Part shown: positions 45,463 to 54,628 of the stretch, in pieces
Position numbering within the stretch: the stretch's first letter is position 1
Layout of the letters: each line of letters opens with the position of its first letter
IMG/VR virus record: IMGVR_UViG_3300050821_007016
Coordinates: 10,648 to 74,647 of that record
Source of the DNA: a virus
Length of the DNA stretch: 64,000 nucleotides
Reading direction: 5' to 3' (one strand)
The notes under the pieces: model-generated
Told to the model about the DNA's origin: nothing
What the model saw: the letters and a program-made list of their open reading frames with translations, nothing else
Databases searched by the model: none
Made by a program: the position numbers and the translations under genes

Positions 45463-45981
45463 TCAGGCGGCTGGATTTCTCGGAATGAACTCCCGCACCT
45501 CGATTCGCAGCGCGGGGAAGCGCGAGTACTGCTTGATCACCCTGGCATCCACGATCTGGGCGTCGTCGCGCCAGACGATCCCGTTCAGGGCATCCTGGGC
45601 CGCCTTCAGATAATTGTCACCATCTGGCCGCGGCGTCGGGCGGATCGCGCCGGCCAGCGCCTTCTCCCTGTCGCGCGCCGGCCAGCTCGCCGGTACCTCC
45701 CGGTAGGCGTGGACTAGCAGCGCCAGCGGCCCCTCCGTCGGCCGCTTGCCGCGCATGTAGAGCGAGGCGGCCTCCGCCAGCGTGCGCTCGTAGGCCTCGG
45801 TCTGTGGATCAGGGTAGGTCTGGACGAACGGCTTCTTGTCCTTATCCTTCGGCGTGATGAGGCGGTGGCGGTGGCGCCCCTTGTGGCCCGGCGGCCCGGT
45901 CAGCTCGAAGGCGAGAAAGATCGGGCCGGCCACCAGAGGCGCCGGCCCGAGATCGGGTAGTTGAAGCTGGTCGGGCTTCAC
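45463..45981 (-). CDS. rusA: RusA-family Holliday junction resolvase
   Basis: PDGDNYLKAAQDALNGIVWRDDAQIV. Confidence 0.9.
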   Translation of the reverse strand: MKPDQLQLPDLGPAPLVAGPIFLAFELTGPPGHKGRHRHRLITPKDKDKKPFVQTYPDPQTEAYERTLAEAASLYMRGKRPTEGPLALLVHAYREVPASWPARDREKALAGAIRPTPRPDGDNYLKAAQDALNGIVWRDDAQIVDARVIKQYSRFPALRIEVREFIPRNPAA

Positions 45982-46172
45982 CTGACCAACCCCAACAGAT
46001 CGACCAAGCGATGCCGCCCTTCGGCACGCTTCGTGTGCTCCTGGGCGCGGGCGACGGATGCGTCGGCCGTCACGGTGGCTCGTTCTACTGAAGCATGTGC
46101 CAGAAACCACAGGCTGGCAGTGATGGTGACCATCGCCGCCAGCCAAACCACCATCGTTCTCCGGTCCATCAT
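45978..46172 (-). CDS. Small membrane protein
   Basis: MMDRRTMVVWLAAMVTITASLWFL; coupled. Confidence 0.45.
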   Translation of the reverse strand: MMDRRTMVVWLAAMVTITASLWFLAHASVERATVTADASVARAQEHTKRAEGRHRLVDLLGLVR

Positions 46173-46567
46173 CAGGCCCCGGCTTCCTCGACGACCTTCC
46201 TCGCAGCGTCGCCGATCTTGGTCACGTTGCCGACGTTGTCCTCGAACATTCGCTCCTGCGCTTCGGCGCGCTTCTTGACGCCGAGCCATTCGAGGTACTC
46301 CAGCAGGTGGTGGTAGGTGACGTGCAGCTTCTCGTCCGGCAGAGCGTCCAGCGCGCACGCGATCGACAGCGCCTTGCGGTCGAGGTGCTTGTTCTCGACC
46401 GCCTTGCCGATCGCCTCGCCCAGCTCTCCCGCGATCGACTGCGTCCGCTTCTTGGCGTTGCGCTTCTCCCGCGCCAGGTCCTCCACCGTTTTTCGTGGGG
46501 GCAGCAGCAGGGTGGTCGCGACTACCTCGGTGGGTCCGCTCTTGCCGTTCTTGGGTGCTCTGGCCAT
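46172..46567 (-). CDS. GapR/DUF2312-like DNA-binding protein
   Basis: GELGEAIGKAVENKHLDRKAL...LLEYLEWLG helical pattern. Confidence 0.5.
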   Translation of the reverse strand: MARAPKNGKSGPTEVVATTLLLPPRKTVEDLAREKRNAKKRTQSIAGELGEAIGKAVENKHLDRKALSIACALDALPDEKLHVTYHHLLEYLEWLGVKKRAEAQERMFEDNVGNVTKIGDAARKVVEEAGA

Positions 46568-46578
46568 CGGCCGTCCTT

Positions 46579-46779
46579 TCAGTTGAGGGTTACTTCCCCG
46601 GCCGCCATCGCGGCCGGCAGGTTCGCCTCCTCGTCGTCGGCCAGCACGTCGCGCAGCAGAACGGCTGCAATCTTCTCCGGCGCCGCGTGGCACATATCGG
46701 CGAAGTTGCGCAGCCGCTCGGCGGATTCGCCGTCCAGAGGAATCTTGATCCAGGTCGTTTCGAGGAGGTTTTTCATCAT
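46579..46779 (-). CDS. Small regulator-like protein
   Basis: 66 aa; AGAGG RBS. Confidence 0.5.
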   Translation of the reverse strand: MMKNLLETTWIKIPLDGESAERLRNFADMCHAAPEKIAAVLLRDVLADDEEANLPAAMAAGEVTLN

Positions 46780-46812
46780 CGCGATCCTCTTACAGGATTC
46801 GCGAATCGGCCA

Positions 46813-47088
46813 CTAGCCTTCGTCGAATCCCTTATCCACTTTTTTCCCCAACTTCGGCACCGGGGCCGTCCTCGGCCAGGGGGTGCCGCGGGGCCACTTC
46901 GAGCGCATCCGGTTCACCATCAGGAAGTACGTCTTGATCGTCGTCGACATCGACCCGGCCAGATACTTCTCAAGAAACTGGTGATTCCCATGGATTTCCT
47001 TGCTGACGGTTGCCAGAGCCCATCCCCGCGCGTTGGCGTAGGTCTGGGCCAGGACCATCAAGTTTTGGCGCATTATCTCCTCGGACAT
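46813..47088 (-). CDS. Cro-like HTH regulator
   Basis: First gene of the leftward operon; LAQTYA...LATVSKEIHGNHQFL...WPRGTPWP. Confidence 0.6.
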   Translation of the reverse strand: MSEEIMRQNLMVLAQTYANARGWALATVSKEIHGNHQFLEKYLAGSMSTTIKTYFLMVNRMRSKWPRGTPWPRTAPVPKLGKKVDKGFDEG

Positions 47089-47137
47089 GGTCCGTTAACT
47101 ACCACCCCAAAAAGGCGCGCACAAGCCCCCTTGAAGC

Positions 47138-47166
47138 TGGACATTGGGGAAAAAAGTTCCTAAAGT
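47138..47166 (+). promoter_or_regulatory. Sigma70-like promoter TGGACA-N17-TAAAGT with embedded operator motif
   Basis: Divergent intergenic region; the spacer is the repeated TTGGGGAAAAAAGTTCC. Confidence 0.6.
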
Positions 47167-47207
47167 GGCGCCACGAACGTTGCCACCTTAACCCGGAGCG
47201 ATTCGAA

Positions 47208-47351
47208 ATGTTCCAGCCGAAACTTCGGCGCGCGCCCAAGCATCCACGCCTCGCCGCGCCCGACCACTTCCTCCTCATCTTCATTCCCCTCCTGCTGGCG
47301 CTGGTTGCCAGCGTCGGGATGCTCGTCATCTTCGCGCTGGGGGTGCTCTGA
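47208..47351 (+). CDS. Small membrane protein
   Basis: GGAG RBS; C-terminal TM segment. Confidence 0.5.
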   Translation: MFQPKLRRAPKHPRLAAPDHFLLIFIPLLLALVASVGMLVIFALGVL

Positions 47352-47548
47352 TGCGCTGCACCCTCTCCAACCTCGACATCGCAGTCCTGATAGAGGCCCT
47401 CGAAATGGCGGCCTCAAGGCACGAGAGCATGGCCCGCGCACAGAAGTTCGGCCGGCACCATGACCTTAAGGCCGAGGCGATGCGCCGGCTGCGGCTCCGC
47501 CTCTACGAGCAGAAGCACCTCGGCGTGACCGTGGAGCACGCGTCATGA
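47351..47548 (+). CDS. Hypothetical protein
   Basis: Coupled. Confidence 0.55.
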   Translation: MRCTLSNLDIAVLIEALEMAASRHESMARAQKFGRHHDLKAEAMRRLRLRLYEQKHLGVTVEHAS

Positions 47549-47754
47549 CCAATCCCTACCGCGACAAAATGGTCCAACAATATCGCCAGCGCCTGCTGAA
47601 GGCGCTGAGCGCCGACGATCTGAGCGCCGTCTTCGCCAAATTGGAGAGGACCTACCCGCGCGGCGAGGCGCATATCGCGCGCTACATTCTGCTCAGGCAG
47701 TGGGATGACGCAATCCGCGACGCGATCCTCGAACGGATCGGGGAATTCCTATGA
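47545..47754 (+). CDS. Hypothetical protein
   Basis: Coupled; GGAG RBS. Confidence 0.55.
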   Translation: MTNPYRDKMVQQYRQRLLKALSADDLSAVFAKLERTYPRGEAHIARYILLRQWDDAIRDAILERIGEFL

Positions 47755-47823
47755 TCACCCGAGACGAGCGCGACTTCATCGTCGCCACCACTTTCCTCCT
47801 CTTCTGCGCCGTCGCCGGCTGGA

Positions 47824-48048
47824 CCGGCCTGTTCGGAGTGCTGCCATGAGCAAGTTCGGGGTTGCCATGTGGGAAGTCATCGTTAGCACCGCCATCGGCC
47901 TCGCGATCGCCGCAGCGATGGTCGCGGCCATGCTCGTCGGCGAGTTCGTCGCCGCCGGCATCATCGATCTGGCGTTCGACTTGGGGGCGCTCCGATGACC
48001 AAGACTCGTCGTCGACATCGACCCGGCCTGTTCGGAGTGCTGCCATGA
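47824..48048 (+). repeat. 26-bp direct repeat ccggcctgttcggagtgctgccatga (47824-47849 and 48023-48048)
   Basis: Exact copies containing an RBS and an ATGA overlap. Confidence 0.85.
47846..47998 (+). CDS. Small membrane protein
   Basis: Starts in repeat copy 1. Confidence 0.5.
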   Translation: MSKFGVAMWEVIVSTAIGLAIAAAMVAAMLVGEFVAAGIIDLAFDLGALR

Positions 48049-48242
48049 CTCAAAAGCAAGCCGTCCTGCTGATCATCTTGGCCGTCATCGTCAGGCATCA
48101 GCTCGGCGATGACAGCGCGCTTAGCGCTCTGATCAAACACATGATCGGAGATGTTGCCCGCGAATTGAACCAGCTCGGCGTGTCTTCGCCGGACCTGGAA
48201 ACGATCCTCGAACAGCTGGACCATCTGCGGAGCCTTCAATGA
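48045..48242 (+). CDS. Hypothetical protein
   Basis: Starts in repeat copy 2. Confidence 0.5.
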   Translation: MTQKQAVLLIILAVIVRHQLGDDSALSALIKHMIGDVARELNQLGVSSPDLETILEQLDHLRSLQ

Positions 48243-48548
48243 GAATCGTCGAATGCCCGAAGTGCGGGGCCGACATCAGCGAGACCTATCAGTCCGCTGA
48301 ACCGGACGTCGGCATCATTGGCAGCGGCTGGTTCTGCGACGCCTGCGAGGAGTTCGTCGAGGATGACGGAGACGACTTCGACTTTTACCCCGAGGACCTC
48401 ACATGACCAAGACCGTCCACGAGTGGATCAAGCAGGGCTTCAAACCCCACGGTCCCTACCAGTGCCGCTGCCCGCGCTGCGGCAAGGTCATATCCACCAA
48501 CGCGCTCGCGCGCCGCAACCACCAGTGCCAAACGGAGGAAAAACCACG

Positions 48549-49412
48549 ATGTCAGGCATGATCGGCGATAATACGCAAACCATCGACTACGCGCGGGAGG
48601 AGTCGGAACGACTCCAACGCGATTACGCGGAGCTGGCCCGCACGGCGCAGAGTCTTTTCGACGAGGCGGCGGAAGTCCCCGACGTTATCGAGGTCGAGCA
48701 CAAGTCGGCCGTCGTCGAGCTGATCAAGCGAATACGCGATGTCACTAAACGCGTGACCGGCATCCACGAATTAGAAAAACTACCTCACCTCCGGCGCGGC
48801 CAGGGCGTGGACAACTTCTTCTTTGGACTTCATGACAGCCTGATGCGGCGGGACAAGAAGAACCGGCCCGGCATCGGCGACACTCTCAACCAGCGGCTCA
48901 CCGAGCTGGACGTGCGGCTTCTCGCGGAGGAGAACGAGCGGCGCCGGCTCGCGGCCGAGGAGGCGGCCCGGATCGCCCGGGCGAAGGCCGAGGCCGAAGC
49001 CAAGGCCGCCAGGGAGGCCGACGAGAAGCGTCTGGCCGCCGAGCGGGCTAGGCTGGCCGAGACCCGCGCGGCGAAGCAGGAGGCCGCCGCTGAGGCGGAG
49101 AGGGCCGCTTCAGCCGCGATCGTCGAGGCCAAGGTGGCGGAGGCCGCCGCCGAGGAGGCGCACGTCGCGACGCTGTCCCGGCCGGCGGACATCATGCGCC
49201 AGCGCACCGCCGCCGGCACGCTCTCGACCATGCAGCAGGAGACCTTCGCCGAGATCGAGGACCCGGCGCTGCTCGATGCGATCCGGCTGTGGACGTTCGT
49301 GACCTTCGAAGCCAAGCAGAAGGCGCTCAACGGCTGGGCGCGCTCGACCGATTGGCGCGAGCAGATGCCCGGCGCCCGGGTCGGCAGGCGCCCGAAGTCA
49401 CAGGTGCGGTGA
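48549..49412 (+). CDS. Coiled-coil phage protein of the recombination module
   Basis: GGAGG RBS; IGDN start; Ala/Glu-rich coil; C-terminal MPGARV. Confidence 0.7.
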   Translation: MSGMIGDNTQTIDYAREESERLQRDYAELARTAQSLFDEAAEVPDVIEVEHKSAVVELIKRIRDVTKRVTGIHELEKLPHLRRGQGVDNFFFGLHDSLMRRDKKNRPGIGDTLNQRLTELDVRLLAEENERRRLAAEEAARIARAKAEAEAKAAREADEKRLAAERARLAETRAAKQEAAAEAERAASAAIVEAKVAEAAAEEAHVATLSRPADIMRQRTAAGTLSTMQQETFAEIEDPALLDAIRLWTFVTFEAKQKALNGWARSTDWREQMPGARVGRRPKSQVR

Positions 49413-49867
49413 TGGCGAGGAAACCTCATTTGCGCGAGCGCAAGATCACGGTCGACATGTCCGAGTGGGAACTCGGCGACTGGCCCGAGAAGATCGAGGA
49501 GGCAATCACCATCGATCGGATCGGAGGAAAGCTCATCATCAAGATCGGGGACAAGCAGTTCGAGGATGCGGCCCGCGAGATCGCCGAGGACGCAGTGAAG
49601 GCGTTCTTCGAGCAGGAATTGTTCTTTCACTGCATGGCAGCTGGCATCGTACAGTCCGACCTTGAAGGCACCACGACGCTCATGATCCCGTGGAACGACA
49701 TCTGGCTGATGCATCATCATGAGCCCGGGCGGACGACCCTGCGCGCCGCCCTCCAATGGATGATCGATGGCCTGCGCGACGCCACCCTCGAAGGCGAGGA
49801 GGAGCTGCGAGACGAGGTCGCGGCCATCCTCGACGAGGCGCTAAAAAAATGCGGAGACAAGCCATGA
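49412..49867 (+). CDS. Hypothetical protein
   Basis: TGATG coupling. Confidence 0.6.
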   Translation: MARKPHLRERKITVDMSEWELGDWPEKIEEAITIDRIGGKLIIKIGDKQFEDAAREIAEDAVKAFFEQELFFHCMAAGIVQSDLEGTTTLMIPWNDIWLMHHHEPGRTTLRAALQWMIDGLRDATLEGEEELRDEVAAILDEALKKCGDKP

Positions 49868-50046
49868 TGGTCGCGTGGCCGATCGTAAAGGCGGAGATGC
49901 GGCGCAACCCGCCGCGCCCGCGCGCCAAGCGGCGGCGGTTCCTCCACTGGCAGTTCTGGTTCGGATTCTGGCTCGGCGGCCTCGCCGTCGCCGCGATGAT
50001 ACTAGCGTGGCGGCTGTATCTGCCGCTTTGGACGTTGGGAGTTTAA
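49864..50046 (+). CDS. Small membrane protein
   Basis: Basic N-terminus + TM segment. Confidence 0.5.
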   Translation: MMVAWPIVKAEMRRNPPRPRAKRRRFLHWQFWFGFWLGGLAVAAMILAWRLYLPLWTLGV

Positions 50047-50048
50047 AC

Positions 50049-50357
50049 ATGCCTAGATACTCAATCGTCGGGATGAGCCACCTAAAAACCGAAAACCTCG
50101 TCGCCGAGATGGACGAGGGTGAGCCGGTCGCGCTGGTGCGTGAGCCGGACAACCCGTTCGACCCCAACGCCGTCGCGGTGTGGGCGCGCAATGTCAAAGT
50201 AGGCTACGTGCCGAAGGCCACCAACGCCGTGCTTGCCGGGTTCATTGACCGGAGCGGCGCCGGCCCGATTATGGGACTGGACTCCGCGCACACAAAATTC
50301 ATTCACGCTAAGTTCGTCCGGTCGCCCAATAGCCGGTATCCACAAGTGGAGACTTAG
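50049..50357 (+). CDS. HIRAN-domain protein
   Basis: IVG...LVREPDNPFDPNAVAV...VGYVP. Confidence 0.88.
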   Translation: MPRYSIVGMSHLKTENLVAEMDEGEPVALVREPDNPFDPNAVAVWARNVKVGYVPKATNAVLAGFIDRSGAGPIMGLDSAHTKFIHAKFVRSPNSRYPQVET

Positions 50358-50484
50358 GAGATAATAGTCGATAAGCGGACGCGTTATGTCGAAAGGCTGC
50401 TGAGCGTTTTGCGGGCTCCCGGGAAGCTCTGAATGGCAGGATAAAGCGCCCTGCACGTCCGTTTAATATTTAAGGATCGTAACC

Positions 50485-51384
50485 ATGAAGGAGAAAACAA
50501 TGCAGCCGGAACTGCCGATGAAGGACGTCACCCCGAAGAAGGCGCCTCCGCCCGCGAAGAAAAAGGCGCCAGCGAAGTCCAAGGCCGTCGCCGTCGCGGA
50601 GCCGCCGGCCCAGCGCGAGGCCAAGAGCCTGCTCGCCGTCATCGCCGATGCCGCCGCCAACCCGAACTGCAACCCGGAGAACATGCGGGCGCTGCTCGAC
50701 ATGCAGAAGGAGATCATGAACGAGCAGTCGCGGCGCGACTTCAACGACGCATTCGTCAAGCTGCAGGCCGAGCTGCCCGTGATCCGCGCCGACCGCAAGA
50801 TCGAGATCAGGAAGGACGGCAGGCTGCTTCAATCGACGCCCTACGCCACGTTCGCCGGCATATCGAAGGTGATCGGACCGCTGTTGAAGAAGTACCACTT
50901 CTCACTGGCGTTCTCGACCGAGCCGATGCCACCGCCGGACACGCGAATCCTTATCCGCGGCTACCTACGCGGCTACGGCCATGAGACGACGACCGCGTTT
51001 CCGCTGCCGATGGAGAAGTCCGGCTCCAAGAACGAGAACCAGGCGTGGGGTTCGTCACAGAGCTACGGTAAGCGCTATTGCACGATCGCACTTCTCAACA
51101 TCGTCAGCGAGGCGATCGAGGATGCCGACACCGACGGCCACGAAGGTAACTTCCAGCGCGCCAAGGGCGGCAACCTCGCCGCGATCACCGAGGACCCGAA
51201 GATCACCACGGCGCAGCACGACCGGCTCACCGAGCTTTTGATCGACGCCGGCATCGAGCGCGACAAGTTCCGCCAGCGCTACGGCCTCGCGAAGGTCGAG
51301 GACCTGCCGCAGCGGCTGTTCATGGCAGCGCAGAAGGCGATCGCCGACCACAAGGCCAGCACGGGCGGCGGGAAGGTCAAGTGA
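50485..51384 (+). CDS. ERF-family single-strand annealing protein
   Basis: YATF..I...I.PLL...QAWGSSQSYGKRY...EDADTDG; start may be 50500. Confidence 0.88.
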   Translation: MKEKTMQPELPMKDVTPKKAPPPAKKKAPAKSKAVAVAEPPAQREAKSLLAVIADAAANPNCNPENMRALLDMQKEIMNEQSRRDFNDAFVKLQAELPVIRADRKIEIRKDGRLLQSTPYATFAGISKVIGPLLKKYHFSLAFSTEPMPPPDTRILIRGYLRGYGHETTTAFPLPMEKSGSKNENQAWGSSQSYGKRYCTIALLNIVSEAIEDADTDGHEGNFQRAKGGNLAAITEDPKITTAQHDRLTELLIDAGIERDKFRQRYGLAKVEDLPQRLFMAAQKAIADHKASTGGGKVK

Positions 51385-52061
51385 TGGCCAAGAGGGCAGC
51401 CGCAAAGAAGCAGGAGTCGGAGGCCGGGCTCGTCATCCACCACTTCGAGCAGGGCGGCGAGGAGTGGTTTCAGGCGCGGCTGGGCATCCCCTCGGCGTCG
51501 AACTTCGCGACCATCATGGCGACCGGCAAGGACGGCGGCGACTCGATCACGCGCGCCGAGTATCTGCGCCGCCTCGCTGGCGAGATCATCACCGGCATCC
51601 CGGCCGAGGAAACCTTCAAGAGCGCCGCCATGAACCGCGGCAAGGAAATGGAGCCGCAGGCGATCGCCGACTACGAGAGCAGAATGAAGTGCGAGGTCCA
51701 GCGCGTCGGCCTCGGCATCAACTTCTCCGGGCTCAAGCGCTGCTGCGCCAGCCCCGACGGGCTGGTCGGATTCGACGGCGGGCTCGAAACAAAAACAATG
51801 AGACCTGACAAGATGATCCCGCTGCTGGAGCGCGGCGCAACCATGCTGCCGGCCCACCGGGCTCAGGTGTTTGGCAACATGCTGGTGTTCGAAAGAGACT
51901 GGTGGGATATGAAAATTTTCTATCCGAAAATGCCGGATTACACCGTCCGGGTTCGTCGCGACGAGTCCTACATCCGCGAACTGCATAACCAGATTGAGGT
52001 ATTCAACCACGATCTTCGGCAGCTGGTGGCGAAGCTGCGGGCGATGGGGGCGACGGGATGA
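51381..52061 (+). CDS. YqaJ/lambda-type exonuclease
   Basis: QGGEEWFQARLGIPSAS...AMNRGKEMEP...ASPDGLV...LETK. Confidence 0.92.
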   Translation: MMAKRAAAKKQESEAGLVIHHFEQGGEEWFQARLGIPSASNFATIMATGKDGGDSITRAEYLRRLAGEIITGIPAEETFKSAAMNRGKEMEPQAIADYESRMKCEVQRVGLGINFSGLKRCCASPDGLVGFDGGLETKTMRPDKMIPLLERGATMLPAHRAQVFGNMLVFERDWWDMKIFYPKMPDYTVRVRRDESYIRELHNQIEVFNHDLRQLVAKLRAMGATG

Positions 52062-52582
52062 GCAGGAGGCCGCGCCCGGTCAGGTACGTCTACATCGGCA
52101 ACGGCACTATGGTCGCGCTGCCGCGTTTCCACAACCTTTGCGCCGCGCAGTTCGCCGTCGATGAGGAATACGATCTGGATCTCGTCCAAGGCCGGTCGCG
52201 CGCCTCTCACAACCACTACTTCGCCGCCGTCGCCGAGGGTTATCTCAACCTCGCCGAGGAGTACGCGCAGGAGTTCCACAGCGAGGACCATCTCCGCTAC
52301 TGGTGCCTCTGCAAGACGGGATACTGCACCACGACGAAGTGGGTTCTCAACACCGCTGAGGACGCCCGCAAGATGCTCCAGGCGCTGAAGCAGGAGAACG
52401 CCGATACCATCGTTGGCGTCTCCGGCAACATCTGCACCGTCTACCACCCGGCGTCGCAGTCGCGGCCGGCGATGAACAAGGAGCAGTTCGAGGAGAGCAA
52501 GCGAGCGGTGCTCGACCTGATCGCAAGCATGGCTAGGACCACCCGCAAGGAGTTGGAGAAAAATGCCGGAAGGAGCGCTTAA
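52058..52582 (+). CDS. NinB/DUF1367-like protein
   Basis: RSRASHNHYFA...SQS..AM.K..F..SK.AVL. Confidence 0.6.
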   Translation: MSRRPRPVRYVYIGNGTMVALPRFHNLCAAQFAVDEEYDLDLVQGRSRASHNHYFAAVAEGYLNLAEEYAQEFHSEDHLRYWCLCKTGYCTTTKWVLNTAEDARKMLQALKQENADTIVGVSGNICTVYHPASQSRPAMNKEQFEESKRAVLDLIASMARTTRKELEKNAGRSA

Positions 52583-52931
52583 AGTGAACGACCTTTTCGA
52601 CTGGAAACCACCGCCGCCGAGGCTCATGACCGAGCCGCGCTCCCACAAGGGCGTCGCGACCAGCGAGGCCGCGGCCAAGAGCATGCGGAAGTGCTCGGGG
52701 CCGATGCAGAAGGCGATCATGCGCTACATCGATCTGATGGGATCGGCGACCTACGACGAGATATGCCGCGACCTAAAGATGGAAAAACCGACCGTCGCGG
52801 GCCGGCTGAACGACCTGACGAACGCCGGCTTCATAACGCCGATGGGGACACGCCGTACGCGGGCCGGACGCCCAGCTAATGTCCACCACCTCACGCCGGT
52901 GGGATTCAGGTTCATCAGGGAGAACGGATAA
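52563..52931 (+). CDS. Winged-helix protein
   Basis: TSEAAA...ATYDEI...TVAGRLNDL...RRTRAGRPA. Confidence 0.7.
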   Translation: MPEGALKVNDLFDWKPPPPRLMTEPRSHKGVATSEAAAKSMRKCSGPMQKAIMRYIDLMGSATYDEICRDLKMEKPTVAGRLNDLTNAGFITPMGTRRTRAGRPANVHHLTPVGFRFIRENG

Positions 52932-52932
52932 A

Positions 52933-53169
52933 ATGGCAGAGACCGTGAACCATCCGGCCCACTATGGCGGAGCCGACAACCCCTACGAGGCGATCAAGGT
53001 GATCGAGGCATGGCAGCTCGGCTTCTGCCTCGGCAATGCCGTGAAGTACATCTCGCGAGCCGGGAAGAAGGTCACCCATCCGACCCCGGAGGCCTCGCGA
53101 CTAGAGGACCTCAAGAAGGCCCGCTGGTACATCGACCGCGAGATCGAATACCTGAAAGGGTTTCTGTGA
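52933..53169 (+). CDS. DUF3310 (T7 gp1.7-like) protein
   Basis: VNHPAHY...EAIKVI...FCLGNAVKYISRAGKK...EDLKKARWY. Confidence 0.9.
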   Translation: MAETVNHPAHYGGADNPYEAIKVIEAWQLGFCLGNAVKYISRAGKKVTHPTPEASRLEDLKKARWYIDREIEYLKGFL

Positions 53170-53480
53170 TGGCCCTGCGGATGATGAGCGTCGAGGACAA
53201 GCTGGCCGTGGTCGAGCGGGTGATCCGCAACCACCGCGACCAGCGCTCGCCCACGGTGCAGACGCTGAAGGCGCTGGCGAAGGACCTGCGGGCGCGGGTC
53301 GAGGTGCCGCGCAGCAACGCGCTCGGCGCCCTGGAGCGCGCGCTGCAGAAGATGCACGAGACGAAGACCGAGGTGGGCTACGACCGCAACATGATGAGCG
53401 AGGTCGCCAAGGTCGTGATCAACAAGTGGCCTTTCATCCGGCAGGCGCTGGAGGAGTTTGGAGAGGAGAGCGCGGAATGA
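53169..53480 (+). CDS. Hypothetical protein
   Basis: TGATG coupling. Confidence 0.6.
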   Translation: MALRMMSVEDKLAVVERVIRNHRDQRSPTVQTLKALAKDLRARVEVPRSNALGALERALQKMHETKTEVGYDRNMMSEVAKVVINKWPFIRQALEEFGEESAE

Positions 53481-53563
53481 GGTGGGCTGCTCAGTGTCGA
53501 TGCGGGCGGCAGAGCACCTGCTACTCGATGGATTGCATCAATCTCGAACAACAGGAGCGCGGA

Positions 53564-53821
53564 ATGAGCAAAGATAACAGCGGACCGGCGTTTCCCCATG
53601 AATTTGAGCAAGGCAGCATGGCAGCCAACGGCATGCTATGGCGCGCGCACCCCGGCATGTCCCTGCGGGATTGGTTCGCCGGGCAGGCGCTTCAGACGGC
53701 GGCCACTTTCATGATGGTCAAATACGTTGGCGAAGATGACCCTGACATCTTTCTCAAGGCCATCGCGGTCATCGCTTACGACATGGCCGATGCGATGCTC
53801 AAGGCAAGGGGCGCGGAATGA
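53564..53821 (+). CDS. Conserved small phage protein
   Basis: GPAFP...GMSLRDWFAGQAL...AYDMADAMLKAR. Confidence 0.8.
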   Translation: MSKDNSGPAFPHEFEQGSMAANGMLWRAHPGMSLRDWFAGQALQTAATFMMVKYVGEDDPDIFLKAIAVIAYDMADAMLKARGAE

Positions 53822-54358
53822 GCGAGCAGCGGGAATGGCGGCCGGACCAGGAATGGGAAACCGTGCGCCACTGGGGTTCTCAGGGAGAGATCGAGCGCTT
53901 CCGCATCAATGGCGGCTGGCTATATCGGTCCTGGTTCAGCAACGGCCGAGACCTACCAGCAAGCATGTCTATCACGTTCGTTCCAGATGGAGACTGTTGA
54001 TGAGCAAACCACCGATGGGGCCGAAGGAGAAGCGGCTGCAGGAGCTGCGCGAGGAGCGCATGAAGGGCAGGCCGCCGATCGACAAGCGCAAGGCGCTCGC
54101 CAAGGTCCGGCCGATGACGAAGAACGGCGGGAGGAGAGGCCGGTGATGAGCGACAAAAAATTCAGCGTCAAGGAATCGGGGGAACGCATCCTGATCGTGC
54201 AAGAGTCCGATAACCACGGCTTCGTGCCGATCGCCGAGGCCAAAACGATGCAGGACGCCGAGAATATAACTTGGGCTCTCAACTCGTTGGCATACGATCT
54301 CGAAAACGCTCGCACCGCGATGGCAAAAATTCTCAAAGCCGTAACGGATTACATTTGA
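53818..54358 (+). CDS. String of three coupled small hypothetical ORFs (53818-54000, 54000-54146, 54146-54358)
   Basis: Start/stop overlaps. Confidence 0.55.
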
Positions 54359-54370
54359 AGGGAGAAGGCG

Positions 54371-54628
54371 ATGAACCAGAGGATCGGGCGGCTCGCCCTG
54401 CGGGTCGAGGGCGACGAGTGGCGCGGCTACTACGCGCTGCCCGACAGCATGAAGGACGCGATCTTCCTCGGCTGCATCAAGATGCGGTTCGTCGAGAACC
54501 AGACGCACAAGAAGATGTTCATGGACCTGATGCGGGAGGCGGTCGCCGACCTGATCGAGGAGGCCGCCGGAGAGCGACCCTCGTGGGAGGAGCCTCGCGC
54601 GGCGCCGTTCTGGGAGAGCAAAGAATGA
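54371..54628 (+). CDS. Hypothetical protein
   Basis: GGAG RBS; IGRLALRVEG..W..YYA. Confidence 0.65.
   Translation: MNQRIGRLALRVEGDEWRGYYALPDSMKDAIFLGCIKMRFVENQTHKKMFMDLMREAVADLIEEAAGERPSWEEPRAAPFWESKE

Noticed and set aside
46838-46851. Programmed -1 frameshift at GGGAAAAAAG in the Cro-like gene
   Set aside because: The same sequence recurs in intergenic sites, so an operator is the simpler explanation; no downstream stimulatory structure was seen.
50271-50290. MGLDSA in the HIRAN protein as a protease site
   Set aside because: A single weak match in a non-structural gene; likely chance.
50385-50410. Hammerhead ribozyme (cgaaa...ctgctgag)
   Set aside because: The core is not CUGANGA and there is no room for the required stems.
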